A stretch of DNA of 64,000 nucleotides from an uncultured Candidatus Entotheonella sp. (GCA_965217185.1 OZ244252.1:3776001-3840000), one strand, 5' to 3'; positions 1 through 10,640 are shown, numbered from the stretch's first letter. Numbers and translations are program-made. Notes: generated by a model not told the origin, from the sequence alone.

Positions 1-424
1 GCGTATCCAGCAACAAAGGCGCGCTGGATTTGCTGAGCCAGCAGATACAACGAATATCGGCCCCCCCTGGTGGTGATGCGACCCCTTGAGAAGTCGTTTT
101 CCGCCGCGATCTCGCCTTAACTCCTACTCCCGGATGCCCTCGAACCCACGCCGTTTTCAATCCTACCTCCCGAATCCCAACTTGGATAAATCGGGACGCC
201 TGCCTGGGCATGTGAGGGATGTCGTGTAGCTGATAGAGATCGTTCGCGATGCTGTACAATCCGATCAGGAAAGGGGCCAGGCGCAAAACGCTGGTCAGCG
301 TTCTTAACGCTTGGTTAACCAGCTTATACGATCTTGGGTGCTTCCCGCCGCTCGTTACCTGATAGGGTGCATCACCCGCGCCGGAGGGAGTGGCTGAAGA
401 AGAGGCAGGAGCCGGGATAGCACG

Positions 425-1015
425 ATGAACACACCGTCGCATTTTCTGATGACCGCCGCTCTGCGCCGTGCCTGGAAGCACCAGCCGCCACCCGCCAGCG
501 CCTTCCTGCTGGGGTCGGTGGCGCCCGACATCGCGCTGTACCTGCTGTCCCTCGGCGGCGCCCTCCACTTCCGCTATCTGCTGGGCTGGAGCGCCGAGGC
601 GACGTGGCGCCACCTGTTCGACACCCTCTATTTCCACAACCCGTTCTGGATCGCCGCCCACAATTTGCTGCACTCTCCAACCGTGCTGATCATCGCTTTG
701 GTTATCCTGTGGCGCGCCCAGGGCCTGCGGGGGGCCCCGCGGCGCTGGCTGCGCTGGTTCCTGGCCGCGTGCCTGCTGCACAGCTTCGTGGACGTGCTGA
801 CGCACGTCGATGACGGCCCGTTGCTGTTTTTCCCCTTCGAGTGGACGATACGTTTTGAAAGCCCCGTCAGCTATTGGGACAGCCGCCATTACGGCACGCA
901 GTTCGCCGTTTTCGAGCTGACGCTCGACGTACTTCTCATCGCTTATCTCTGTCTGCCGCCTCTGTGGCGCCTGGCGCGGGCGCGCTTGGTGCGAGCACCG
1001 TTATCCGACAACTGA
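425..1015 (+). CDS. Metal-dependent membrane hydrolase (YdjM-like)
   Basis: N-terminal TPSH, GSVAPD, HNLLHS and LHSFVDVLTH His/Asp motifs with hydrophobic segments. Confidence 0.7.
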   Translation: MNTPSHFLMTAALRRAWKHQPPPASAFLLGSVAPDIALYLLSLGGALHFRYLLGWSAEATWRHLFDTLYFHNPFWIAAHNLLHSPTVLIIALVILWRAQGLRGAPRRWLRWFLAACLLHSFVDVLTHVDDGPLLFFPFEWTIRFESPVSYWDSRHYGTQFAVFELTLDVLLIAYLCLPPLWRLARARLVRAPLSDN

Positions 1016-1051
1016 CGCATCACCGCACGGCCTTACGATGAAGGATTTACG

Positions 1052-3145
1052 ATGATCACTTTGCCGCCATACTGCCGGGACCCCTTCACCTACCACCGCC
1101 GCAAAACGCGCGTCGTCAACGTCGGCGACGTGCCGCTCGGCGGCGACCACCCGATTCGCCTGCAATCGATGACCATCAGCGACACCATGGACACCGACGC
1201 TGCGGTGGCCGAAACCGTCCAGTTGGTCGACGCCGGCTGCGAGTTGGTGCGGCTGACGGCGCCGTCCCTCAACGAGGCCGAGAACCTGCGCCACATCAAG
1301 GCCGCCCTGAATCGCCGGGGCGTGCGCGTGCCGCTGATCGCCGACATCCACTTCACCCCCAACGCGGCGCTCAAGGCGGCGGAGTACGTGGAGAAGGTGC
1401 GCATCAACCCCGGCAACTACGCCGACAAGAAGAAGTTCGCCGAGCGCGAGTATACCGACAGCGAATACGAGGCCGAGCTCGAACGCATCGAGCAGCGCTT
1501 CAGGCCGCTGGTGCTGAAGCTCAAGCAGTACGGCGTCGCCATGCGCATCGGCACCAACCACGGCTCGCTGTCCGACCGCATCATGAATCGCTTCGGCGAC
1601 ACGCCGCAGGGCATGGTCGAATCGGCCCTGGAGTTCGTGCGCATCTGCCGGCGCTACGACTACCACGACATCATCCTGTCCATGAAGGCGTCCAACCCGC
1701 TGGTGATGATCCAGGCATACCGGCTGCTGGCGGCCCGGATGGACGAGGAGGGCATGGATTACCCCTTCCACCTCGGCGTCACCGAGGCGGGCGACGGCGT
1801 GGAAGGCCGGGTGAAGTCGGCCATCGGCATTGGCGCGCTGTTGGAGGACGGCATCGGCGACACCATCCGCGTGTCGCTCACCGAGGACGCGGTCTGCGAG
1901 CTCCCGGCGGCCTACGCCATCGCAGCGCCGTATAATCGCCGCCAAACGCGCGCCGAGTCCGACACCCCCCTCTCTCTGGGAGGGGGTAGGGGGAGGGAAC
2001 TTTTCGACGAACGCCGCAATCCATACGGCTACGACCGGCGCTTCAGCCACGAGATCGGCCTCGGCAGCCTTGCCATGGGCGGCGGCCAGCCGGTGCGTGT
2101 CGAATTGGCGACCACCGTCTCCGTGACCGACCTTGACGGCACCCTGGCCCAGATCGACGCGCTGACCGTTCCGGCGCAACCCAACGATCCGGTATGCGAG
2201 GTTGTCCGGCTGCGCGCCGAGACCCCGGACGAATTGCACGCCCTGACCGGCCTGAACGAGCGGTTGCGGCAAAACCCCGAAACGCCGTTGCTATCGCTGT
2301 GCGTGCCGCTGGCCGACCTCGCCGACGTGCCGCCGCTTGCCGGACTGGTCAAAATCGTGACCGCGCCGCCGTGCGAGGACGACCCGGCCGTTTGGGACCA
2401 GCATGTACGGCGAGCCCTCATGGGGTCGCAACAGCACGGGACCGCCCTCGAATGGCGCCTGAGCCCGGCGTCCGTTCCGCCGTTCATCCGCGACCCGCAC
2501 GGCTCCACCCTGGCCGGACTGGCCCACACCGCCGGCCGCCTTGCCGAGCTTGCCAGCCTGTTCCAGCCTTGCCTGGTTGTGTTCTCTCTCGACGTCCCCG
2601 AGCCGCTGCCGGCCTATCGCTATCTGGCCGCCCACCTCGACGCTCATGGCCACGCCTGCCCCTTGCACCTGAAGACCACGCTGCACGGCCGCGACGACCG
2701 CCTTTACCAGGCCGCCATTCAACTCGGCGCCCTGCTGTGCGACGGCTTTGGCGACAGCATCCAGATCGCCAGCGACGCCGCGCCGGCCGAGGCCGTGCGC
2801 CTCAGCTACACTATCCTGCAGGCCGCCCGCCTGCGCATGTCCAAGACCGAGTTCATCTCCTGCCCGTCCTGTGGACGCACGCTGTTCAACCTGCAAACCA
2901 CCACCGAGCGCATCAAGTCGCGCATGTCCCACCTCAAGGACGTCAAAATCGCCATCATGGGCTGCATCGTCAACGGTCCCGGCGAAATGGCCGACGCCGA
3001 CTTCGGCTATGTGGGCTCCGGCCCCGGCAAGATCAGCCTCTACGTCGGCAAGGAATGCGTCGAGCGCAGCATCCCCTCCGACCAAGCCGAAGAGCGGCTG
3101 CTCCAGCTCATCAAGGACCACGGCAAGTGGGTGGATGCGGTTTGA
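1052..3145 (+). CDS. ispG: HMBPP synthase IspG/GcpE, long three-domain form
   Basis: PIRLQSMT, ADIHF, RINPGN, RIGTNHGSL, GIGDTIRVSL; Fe-S motifs CPSCGR and GCIVNGPGE; about 300 aa central insert. Confidence 0.96.
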   Translation: MITLPPYCRDPFTYHRRKTRVVNVGDVPLGGDHPIRLQSMTISDTMDTDAAVAETVQLVDAGCELVRLTAPSLNEAENLRHIKAALNRRGVRVPLIADIHFTPNAALKAAEYVEKVRINPGNYADKKKFAEREYTDSEYEAELERIEQRFRPLVLKLKQYGVAMRIGTNHGSLSDRIMNRFGDTPQGMVESALEFVRICRRYDYHDIILSMKASNPLVMIQAYRLLAARMDEEGMDYPFHLGVTEAGDGVEGRVKSAIGIGALLEDGIGDTIRVSLTEDAVCELPAAYAIAAPYNRRQTRAESDTPLSLGGGRGRELFDERRNPYGYDRRFSHEIGLGSLAMGGGQPVRVELATTVSVTDLDGTLAQIDALTVPAQPNDPVCEVVRLRAETPDELHALTGLNERLRQNPETPLLSLCVPLADLADVPPLAGLVKIVTAPPCEDDPAVWDQHVRRALMGSQQHGTALEWRLSPASVPPFIRDPHGSTLAGLAHTAGRLAELASLFQPCLVVFSLDVPEPLPAYRYLAAHLDAHGHACPLHLKTTLHGRDDRLYQAAIQLGALLCDGFGDSIQIASDAAPAEAVRLSYTILQAARLRMSKTEFISCPSCGRTLFNLQTTTERIKSRMSHLKDVKIAIMGCIVNGPGEMADADFGYVGSGPGKISLYVGKECVERSIPSDQAEERLLQLIKDHGKWVDAV

Positions 3146-3176
3146 AACTACCGAACGGAGAGCACTCGAGCCTGAG

Positions 3177-4650
3177 CTCGACTTTGTACGAATTTGGTCA
3201 AGTCAGTGCGTGTAACAGGCCGATTGCATCAAGCCCTGCAGATAGACCCGAGGGATTTCTACCCACTCGGTATCGGGCGTTGATGTTGAAAAATACTCGA
3301 CCTTCCACAGGTGCTGCCGTACCGCTGCCAAAGCGTCGCTGAACGTCGCCTGCTCCTTGGCATACCAAGCACTCTGTCGCACCGCCAAGCGACCGTCCAG
3401 ATACAGGCCATGAGCCAGCAGCGCCACCAGCGAATACAAGCTCAGCAGACACGGCGTGGTCCGTTCAATCGCCAAGTCAGACCACTGACGCTGGGTCTCA
3501 AAGCCCAAGTGGGCACGGCTCTCTTCGAAGGTCGTCTCAATGCTCCAGCGCTTGATGAAACACGCCACGACATCGCCTGCCTGGTCACCGGGACACGTCG
3601 AGAAGAAGGCCCGTGGTGGGGGCACTGAGCGTCACAGGGACGTACCAGGACCCACCGCAGCGGCAGCACTGGCTGGCCGCTGCGGTACCATAGTGCCGTG
3701 CCGCTACTGACCTGCAACCGTCGCACGCGGCCATCGTACCAGCGTACACGCAGGCATTGCCAAGGAGTCGCCGCGTCGTGCAGGCGCTCGGCCAAACTGG
3801 GCAGCCGCTTGCCCTTGTGACGGGGTCGTCCCCGCGTGCCCGGCTGGCGAGGCGGCGGCGCTTCGTGAAGCACCGCATCGAGGCGCAAGGGGGCAATCAG
3901 GCGCACCTCACACTGCCGGCAGGCATGCCCGAGCTCGACGACACTGTAGGATTGATCCCCAAGCACGGTGATGGCGACTTGCGGCAACCAACGGCGCACC
4001 ACCCGAATCATCTGGCGTGCCCACTGGGCGACGGTCTTGTGTCTCAGTCCCAGGCGCTCACTGACTTGTGGCGTTGGCGCCGGCACGCTCAAGATAGGTA
4101 AAGCCCAACAACGGTTGTTCCAGGGTGGCGTGACAACCAGGGTCAGCACGATCCAGCGAAGGCCACTGGTGCTGACGGTGCGCTTGCGGCTGGAAGCCAG
4201 CGGGTCGCGGTAATGACCGCGCTTGCTGATACGTCGGCCCCAGCGCCTCTCCAGAGTTTCATCAATGACGAACGTGAGGCTGCCGCCAGCAGCGTCGAAG
4301 GTCTGCACCAGCAAGGACAGCAGACAGCGACTGCCTTTGAGAGCGGACCAGCGGGCACGGTTGAACACCTGATGGTAGAGACTGAAGGACGGCGTGTCGT
4401 CCTGTCCGGTGTGTCTCAGGGCTGCCGTCACGGTGCGTCGTCCGTGGGCCAGCAAAGTTCCGATGAAAAGGCGTTGGACTTTGCGCCAAGTGGGTGCGCT
4501 GAAGAGACTTTGAAAGGGCGCCAGCACGGTGCTACTGTTTGCTGAAGGGGACATCGCTGACCTCGCTGCAAGATGGTTTGGGTGGAAACTGCCATCCTAC
4601 AACACAGGGGTGATGTCCCTGGATACTTCCTCATTTTGTACAAAGTCGAG
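3177..4650 (-). mobile_element. IS701-family insertion sequence, 1474 bp
   Basis: 13-bp perfect terminal IR ctcgactttgtac at 3177 and reverse complement ending 4650; 5-bp direct repeat ctgag at 3172-3176 and 4651-4655. Confidence 0.9.
3203..4554 (-). pseudogene. IS701-family DDE transposase, frameshifted
   Basis: VIDETLERRWG and LGDQSY in ORF 3442-4554; KRWSIETTFEESRAHLG in ORF 3203-3625; frames switch at a C run near 3618-3623. Confidence 0.85.
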
Positions 4651-4667
4651 CTGAGGGGAGTATAGGC

Positions 4668-5741
4668 ATGCGTGAAATTTACCTGTGGACGGATTGGTTC
4701 ACGGAGCTCGCGGGCAAGATTGCTGATGGCGGCGAGAGGTATCTCATCGACCGTGCGAAGCGGGTTGCTTGGAGAACTGACGAAACAAAACCGCCTCTTC
4801 TGGACCCAGACTACGGCGACGAGAACATTGATCCGTTCTCATTCTTATACAGCCTCGCGGCCCAAAATAGGGGACGAGAAAGCAGGAGGCAGGTATATCT
4901 GAGCATCGTTGATGTCTTCGGCATCCACGCCCCGCTTCCAATTGACTCCGACGATGCGTTTTTCTTTCCCACGCCAAATCGCCAGAACCTGCTCTTTCAT
5001 AACAAGGGTTCGGGTAATCCGAAGTTACTTTGGCGACTGTTCCGGCGTGCGGTTTTGGGCGTAGAGTCAGTGGAAGCTCAGGACTTCGACGGCGCGCTGG
5101 AAATCGGCCAAGTTGCGATAAGAAAACTGACTCAGGCGCTCTTTCTTATAAACCCGTCGGCGTTCTTACCTTACGATAACTGGACGCGCTCCCTGGGCGT
5201 TTCCAATCTCTCAGGGAACATCAAATGGATGCAGTACCAAGAGGAACTGCAGAAGTTTCGTGACGCCTTTCCCGGCTGTGCATTCTACGAGATCAACTTG
5301 TTTGCCTATCTATGCAAAAGCGGGAAACTGCCTATTCGTGACAGGTACTTTCAGGTCAGCACAAATGCTTGGGGCGAGGGTGAGGGCGACTTCTGGCAAG
5401 ACGTTGATCCAAATCTTGATTTTGAACCGAACAACTGGGTCTTTACCGGAGGACCCAAAAGCGGAAAGGATTGGACGTACAAGCCAAAGGAGGGTGATGG
5501 TAGCTACTCGTTGCGTGATCCAGTACCCGGCGACGTGATACTTGTTAGAACTGGGTCGCAAGGGCGCGGCATTGGAATCGTCTACAAGAATGACTACCAG
5601 AATCGCCTCGCTGAGGACAGCAGGATACATGTTGTGTGGGTGAATAAAGCTGATTGCGCTCTTCGCAGGCAGGGCCGAGGGCTACTACGGGGATTTTCAT
5701 ACGCGTGGGAGGCGACGAAACGGAGTTTTAAGGAGGCATAG
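4668..5741 (+). CDS. McrB-type N-terminal DNA-recognition module (stand-alone, or 5' half of a frameshifted mcrB)
   Basis: Lies 4 bp upstream of the McrB GTPase ORF; DPFSF...LFLINP domain followed by an EVE/PUA-like segment (GDVILVR..GIGIV..VVW). Confidence 0.6.
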   Translation: MREIYLWTDWFTELAGKIADGGERYLIDRAKRVAWRTDETKPPLLDPDYGDENIDPFSFLYSLAAQNRGRESRRQVYLSIVDVFGIHAPLPIDSDDAFFFPTPNRQNLLFHNKGSGNPKLLWRLFRRAVLGVESVEAQDFDGALEIGQVAIRKLTQALFLINPSAFLPYDNWTRSLGVSNLSGNIKWMQYQEELQKFRDAFPGCAFYEINLFAYLCKSGKLPIRDRYFQVSTNAWGEGEGDFWQDVDPNLDFEPNNWVFTGGPKSGKDWTYKPKEGDGSYSLRDPVPGDVILVRTGSQGRGIGIVYKNDYQNRLAEDSRIHVVWVNKADCALRRQGRGLLRGFSYAWEATKRSFKEA

Positions 5742-5745
5742 CCGT

Positions 5746-6837
5746 ATGTATGCGAGGACGTTTGAGTTGCTGGATCGACTTAGTAGTCGTGAGGAGCCTA
5801 TGCCGAACGGAGGAATACTGCAGAACCCGGCCGTGGAACACCCCCTTAACCAAATCCTCTACGGTCCACCGGGGACCGGGAAGACCTACCATACGGTTGC
5901 CAGCGCCTTGGCGATCATCGACGGTGTGAGCATGCGTGAGCGCAGGGAGGGCGATATAGAGAGGTTCCAAGAACTCCGGGACTCGGGACAGATCGCGATG
6001 GTGACGTTTCACCAGAGTTACGCCTACGAGGACTTCATCGAGGGCATCCGGCCGGTATTGGGCGATGACGCTGGCGGCGAACTCCGGTACGAGTTGTGTG
6101 ACGGTGTTTTCAAGAAGATTGTTGAGACGGCGCAAGCGAATTGGCCCAAACCGTGCGTCCTGATTATCGACGAGATCAACCGCGGCAACATCGCGAAGAT
6201 TTTCGGCGAGCTCATCACGTTGATTGAGGCCTCCCGGCGAGTTGACCGAGACGATGCTACCCAGGTCACGCTGCCTTACTCGAACGACTCCGAGCCGTTC
6301 GGTGTCCCGGACAACCTTTACCTGATCGGCACGATGAACACAGCGGATCGCTCGATTCAATTGCTGGACACGGCACTGCGCCGCCGCTTCACCTTTGTCG
6401 AGATGATGCCGGAACCGCAGCACCCGCTCATCTTCTCGGACGTGGAAGGCGTTGATTGTCAGAGGATGCTCGGAGTGATGAATAAGCGCATCACGGCATT
6501 GCTCGACCGGGAACATCAGATCGGGCATACCTATCTGATGAACGTCAACACGATGGAAGAATTATCAGACACCTTCCGAAATCGGATATTTCCGTTGTTG
6601 CAGGAGTATTTCTTTGACGATTGGTCGAAGATACGAGCCGTCCTGGGACACAACGACTCCTTTGTTCAAATGGAATCGCAACAGGAAACCGAGAGCCTCT
6701 TTGTGGGCCACGAACAAGTGGCGGATGAAGCTCGAGCGATATACAAGCGACTACCAGACAGTAACGAGATGTGGACCAAACCTGACCAATACCGTCGCAT
6801 CTACGAAACCCAGATCAGTAGGGTCGCCGATGCCTGA
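5746..6837 (+). CDS. mcrB: McrB-family AAA+ GTPase
   Basis: GPPGTGKT, TFHQSYAYEDFIEG, IIDEINRGN, MNTADRS, ALRRRF. Confidence 0.93.
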   Translation: MYARTFELLDRLSSREEPMPNGGILQNPAVEHPLNQILYGPPGTGKTYHTVASALAIIDGVSMRERREGDIERFQELRDSGQIAMVTFHQSYAYEDFIEGIRPVLGDDAGGELRYELCDGVFKKIVETAQANWPKPCVLIIDEINRGNIAKIFGELITLIEASRRVDRDDATQVTLPYSNDSEPFGVPDNLYLIGTMNTADRSIQLLDTALRRRFTFVEMMPEPQHPLIFSDVEGVDCQRMLGVMNKRITALLDREHQIGHTYLMNVNTMEELSDTFRNRIFPLLQEYFFDDWSKIRAVLGHNDSFVQMESQQETESLFVGHEQVADEARAIYKRLPDSNEMWTKPDQYRRIYETQISRVADA

Positions 6838-8080
6838 CGTTTACACGATCCAGGAGTATGAATCCTTCGACAGAAGCAAGCTCCACCAAGCTGACTTCGA
6901 GGACCTCAAGGCCATTGCTAACACAAGCCCAGTGCTTCAGCGCAGGCCAAACGGCGACATCGCCGCAGCCAACTACGTGGGTGTCTTCACCACGAAGCGT
7001 GGCACGGTTTTGGAGATACTCCCCAAGATCGACCTTGAGGTGGACTGTTCAGGCTCGAAGACCACCAAGCGCGTCTTCCTGGAAATGTTGCGGAGTTGGA
7101 ACTGGCGTCGTCTCCGCGAGAAGAAATTTCCAGAGAGCAGCATACGCGCCCTGCGGCGGTTTTCTATGCTCGAAGTCTTTGTTCGCCAATTTCTTGACAA
7201 CCTGAACACGCTCACCCGCGGGGGTCTTGCCAAGCGTTATGTTCCGGTGGAGGAGAACCTACCATACCTGCGGGGACGGCTCCTCTTTCGGGATCATATC
7301 CGCGAGAACCTGACCAATCAGGCGCGCTTCTATGTTGCGCACGACGAGTTGAGCGTCAACCGGCCCGCCAACCGACTCATCCACAGTGCGCTGGCCCGGT
7401 TAGGGCCGCTAGCGAGAGAGACGGAAAACCGCCGGCTGCTGCGGTCGCTGCGCCAATTGATGGAGGTCGCCGACGTGCCGCAATCGGCCAATTTGCACGC
7501 TGACCGGCAACGGTATCATGTGGATCGTTCCATGCCGCACTATGGGTCGGTGATGCAGTGGGTGGAACTGTTCCTGTTCGGGCATGGGTTGGCGACCTAC
7601 TCCGGGCGCCACCGCAACTTGTCGTTGCTATTTCCTATGGAGCAGGTGTTCGAGGACTTCGTTACGCATAGTTTCCAGCGCCACCAGATGGGCTATCGTG
7701 TGGCTGTACAAGGTCCGCAAAAGTATTTGGCCAGAATCGATGGAAAAGACGCGTTCATGATGAAACCGGACATCTCGTTCCTGGAGAAGGGGAGTCGGAA
7801 GGAAGTTGTGTACATCCTCGATGCCAAGTGGAAACGCATCGACGCGTCGTCCGACGACTCGAAGCACGGCATCGACCAAGCCGATCTGTACCAGCTATAC
7901 GCCTACGCCAAGGGCTACGATTGCAACGCCGTGGCGCTCGTTTACCCGCGCTCGCAAAACTTCAGGACCAAACTGCAGTACCGACTCCTCGACGACGTAA
8001 CCCTCCTCTGCCTCCCATTCGACGTCGCGCATCCGCAGGAAAGCGTGCGGCACTCCATGGCGGCCCTCACGAGCGCCTGA
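6830..8080 (+). CDS. mcrC: McrC-family PD-(D/E)xK nuclease subunit
   Basis: ATG at 6830 overlaps the mcrB end; NYVG, EILPKI, FPMEQVFEDFV, KPDI..ILDAKWK, DLYQLYAY. Confidence 0.92.
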   Translation: MPDVYTIQEYESFDRSKLHQADFEDLKAIANTSPVLQRRPNGDIAAANYVGVFTTKRGTVLEILPKIDLEVDCSGSKTTKRVFLEMLRSWNWRRLREKKFPESSIRALRRFSMLEVFVRQFLDNLNTLTRGGLAKRYVPVEENLPYLRGRLLFRDHIRENLTNQARFYVAHDELSVNRPANRLIHSALARLGPLARETENRRLLRSLRQLMEVADVPQSANLHADRQRYHVDRSMPHYGSVMQWVELFLFGHGLATYSGRHRNLSLLFPMEQVFEDFVTHSFQRHQMGYRVAVQGPQKYLARIDGKDAFMMKPDISFLEKGSRKEVVYILDAKWKRIDASSDDSKHGIDQADLYQLYAYAKGYDCNAVALVYPRSQNFRTKLQYRLLDDVTLLCLPFDVAHPQESVRHSMAALTSA

Positions 8081-8133
8081 CCTCCCTCTGAAACCGCCCG
8101 CCCGCGCACCCACCTTCAGGTAGCAATTTCCCA

Positions 8134-8163
8134 TTGACACCGGCTTACAGGCTCACTTAACCT
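8134..8163 (+). promoter_or_regulatory. Possible sigma70 promoter of the aor operon
   Basis: TTGACA-18-TAACCT about 50 bp upstream of 8213. Confidence 0.35.
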
Positions 8164-8212
8164 GCCGCTGTCAAATGCCTCATCGCAGCAACACACACGA
8201 AGGAGAGTCCGC

Positions 8213-8734
8213 ATGCTAAGGGCGCTCAAGCTTGAACCGGAAAAATGCACTGGTTGCCTGCAGTGCGAAATGGCCTGTTCGTATGAGAACGAAGGGGTTT
8301 TCAACCCCGCCAAATCCCGCATTAAGGTCTTCACCTTCCATCAAGAAGGGCGCTTCGCCCCCTACACCTGCACGCAGTGCGAGGAAGCCTGGTGCCTGCA
8401 TTCCTGCCCCGTTGAGGCCATCGTCATCAACGCCGAAACGGGCGCCAAGGAAGTCCTGGACAACGTTTGCGTCGGCTGCAAGGTGTGCACCATCGCCTGC
8501 CCGTTCGGCACCGTGAACTACAACCACGATTCCGGCAAGGTGATGAAATGCGATCTGTGCGGCGGCGACCCGTGGTGCGCCAAGGCGTGCCCCACCGGCG
8601 CCATCACCTACGTGGATGTCGACAACACCGGTCTGGATCGCATGCGCGCCTGGGCGCAGCAGAGCCCGGCGGGACCGGCCACCCACGTCGAGCCGCGCCC
8701 CAAGGAAATCGCCACCTATAACCGTGCGCAGTAG
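8213..8734 (+). CDS. 4x[4Fe-4S] polyferredoxin subunit (AorA-like)
   Basis: CTGCLQCEMAC, CTQC..WCLHSCP, CVGCKVCTIACP, KCDLC..PWCAKACP. Confidence 0.9.
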   Translation: MLRALKLEPEKCTGCLQCEMACSYENEGVFNPAKSRIKVFTFHQEGRFAPYTCTQCEEAWCLHSCPVEAIVINAETGAKEVLDNVCVGCKVCTIACPFGTVNYNHDSGKVMKCDLCGGDPWCAKACPTGAITYVDVDNTGLDRMRAWAQQSPAGPATHVEPRPKEIATYNRAQ

Positions 8735-8753
8735 CCGCGAGAGGAGACCACCC

Positions 8754-10601
8754 ATGGCCTGGACTGGAAACGTATTACGAGTCGACCTCAGCTCCGGCAA
8801 GATCGCCTCCGAACCGCTCAACAGGGAATGGGCGCGCGATTACCTCGGTCAGCGCGGGCTTGCCACCAAGTACCTCTACGAAGAAATCGATCCCACCATT
8901 GACGCGCTTTCACCCGCCAACAAGCTGATCATGACCACCGGGCCGCTGACGGGCACCATGGCCTCCACCGGCGGGCGCTATTCCGTCGTCACCAAGAGCC
9001 CGCTGACGGGCGCCGTGGCGTGCTCCAATTCCGGCGGCTTCATCGGCGCCGAGATGAAAATGGCCGGTTGGGACATGATCATCTTCGAGGGCAAATCCCC
9101 GCAGCCGGTATATCTCTATGTGGAGAACGAGAACGCCGAGCTGCTGCCGGCGGACGACCTGTGGGGCGCCTCGGTGTGGGAGACGGACGAACGCCTGCAC
9201 GCCAAGCACCAGGACCCGCTCATCCGCGTCGCCTGCGTCGGGCGCGCCGCCGAACAGGGTTGCCTGTACGCCTCGGTGGTGAACGACCTGCACCGCGCCG
9301 CCGGACGCTCCGGGGTCGGCACGGTCATGGCGTCCAAGAACCTCAAGGCGCTCGTCTGCCGCGGCACCAAGGGCGTCGGCAACATCAAGGACCCCATGCG
9401 GTTCTTCCAGGCCACCGAGCAGGGTAAGAAAGTGCTGGCGGAAAACGCCGTCACCGGCCAGGGCCTGCCGAAGTTCGGCACCCAGGTGCTGATGAACGTC
9501 ATCAACGAAGTCGGCGCCATGCCCACCCGCAACATGCGCGAGGTGCAGTTCGAGGGCGCCCACAAGATTTCCGCCGAGGCCATGCACGAACCGCGCAGCG
9601 ACGGCACCCCGAACCTGCACACCAACGCCGCCTGCTTCGCCTGCACCATTGCTTGTGGGCGTATCTCGACGATCGAGAAGGGCCACTTCACGATCGAGAA
9701 CAAGCCCAAATACTGGGGCGCCTCCGGCGGCCTGGAGTACGAGGCGGCCTGGGCCCTGGGCAGCGACACCGGGGTGGATGACCTCGAAACCCTTACCTAC
9801 GTGAACTTCCTGTGCAACGAGGACGGCATTGATCCCATTTCCTTCGGGTCCACCGTTGCGGCTGCCATGGAGCTGTACGAGCGCGGCGTCATCAGCCAGG
9901 AAGACACCGGCGGCATCGACCTGCGTTTCGGCTCCGCCGAGGCCCTCGCCAAGGCGACCGAGTTGACCGCCCGCGGCGAAGGCTTCGGCAAGATTCTTGG
10001 GCTTGGCTCGCTGCGCCTGTGCGAGAAGTACGGCCATCCCGAGCTGTCGATGACGGTCAAGGGGCAGGAATTCCCGGCCTACGACCCGCGCGGCATCCAG
10101 GGCATGGGCCTGGCCTACGCCACCTCCAACCGCGGCGCCTGCCACTTGCGCGGCTACACCGTGGCGTCAGAAATCCTCGGCATTCCCGAGAAGACCGACC
10201 CGCTGGTCACGGAAGGCAAAGCGGAACTGGTCAAGGCCTTCCAGGACGCCACCGCGGCGGTGGATTCCTCCGGCCTGTGCGTCTTCACCACCTTCGCCTG
10301 GGGCATGGAGGACATCGCGCCGCAGGTGGACGCTGCCTGTGAGGGCGACTGGTCGGCGGAGAAGATGCTGGAGGTTGGCGAGCGCGTCTGGAACCTGGAG
10401 CGCGACTTCAACCTCAAAGCCGGCTTCACCCGCGCCGACGACACCCTGCCGCACCGCTTGCTGGAGGAGGGCGCCAACACCGGTCCGGCAGAGGGCAGAG
10501 TGAACGATCTCCAGCAGATGCTGCCGCGCTACTACGAAATTCGCGGCTGGACGGAGAACGGTGAACTGAGCGACGACACACGCCGCCGCTTGAGGGTCTG
10601 A
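8754..10601 (+). CDS. aor: Tungsten aldehyde:ferredoxin oxidoreductase catalytic subunit (AorB-like)
   Basis: Start after SD gaggag; LRVDLS, KSPLTG..CSNSGG, AAGRSGVG.VM.SKNLKA, CFACTIACG, EYE, YDPRG..GMGLAYATSNRGACH. Confidence 0.93.
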   Translation: MAWTGNVLRVDLSSGKIASEPLNREWARDYLGQRGLATKYLYEEIDPTIDALSPANKLIMTTGPLTGTMASTGGRYSVVTKSPLTGAVACSNSGGFIGAEMKMAGWDMIIFEGKSPQPVYLYVENENAELLPADDLWGASVWETDERLHAKHQDPLIRVACVGRAAEQGCLYASVVNDLHRAAGRSGVGTVMASKNLKALVCRGTKGVGNIKDPMRFFQATEQGKKVLAENAVTGQGLPKFGTQVLMNVINEVGAMPTRNMREVQFEGAHKISAEAMHEPRSDGTPNLHTNAACFACTIACGRISTIEKGHFTIENKPKYWGASGGLEYEAAWALGSDTGVDDLETLTYVNFLCNEDGIDPISFGSTVAAAMELYERGVISQEDTGGIDLRFGSAEALAKATELTARGEGFGKILGLGSLRLCEKYGHPELSMTVKGQEFPAYDPRGIQGMGLAYATSNRGACHLRGYTVASEILGIPEKTDPLVTEGKAELVKAFQDATAAVDSSGLCVFTTFAWGMEDIAPQVDAACEGDWSAEKMLEVGERVWNLERDFNLKAGFTRADDTLPHRLLEEGANTGPAEGRVNDLQQMLPRYYEIRGWTENGELSDDTRRRLRV

Positions 10602-10609
10602 TGACGGTC

Positions 10610-10640
10610 CGCCGCCCCGCGCACCGATAGCGGGGCGGCG
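10610..10640. other. Intra-operon GC-rich hairpin
   Basis: cgccgccccgc-9nt-gcggggcggcg perfect 11-bp stem, no U tract. Confidence 0.6.

Noticed and set aside
1..420. Partial gene end and possible ncRNA or minus-strand open frame
   Set aside because: No recognisable motif or convincing structure
8616..8753. N-terminal extensions in the ORF track (aor, mcrC, hsdR, EI24-like, pfp, hicB)
   Set aside because: They overlap upstream genes; better starts with SD or coupling lie downstream
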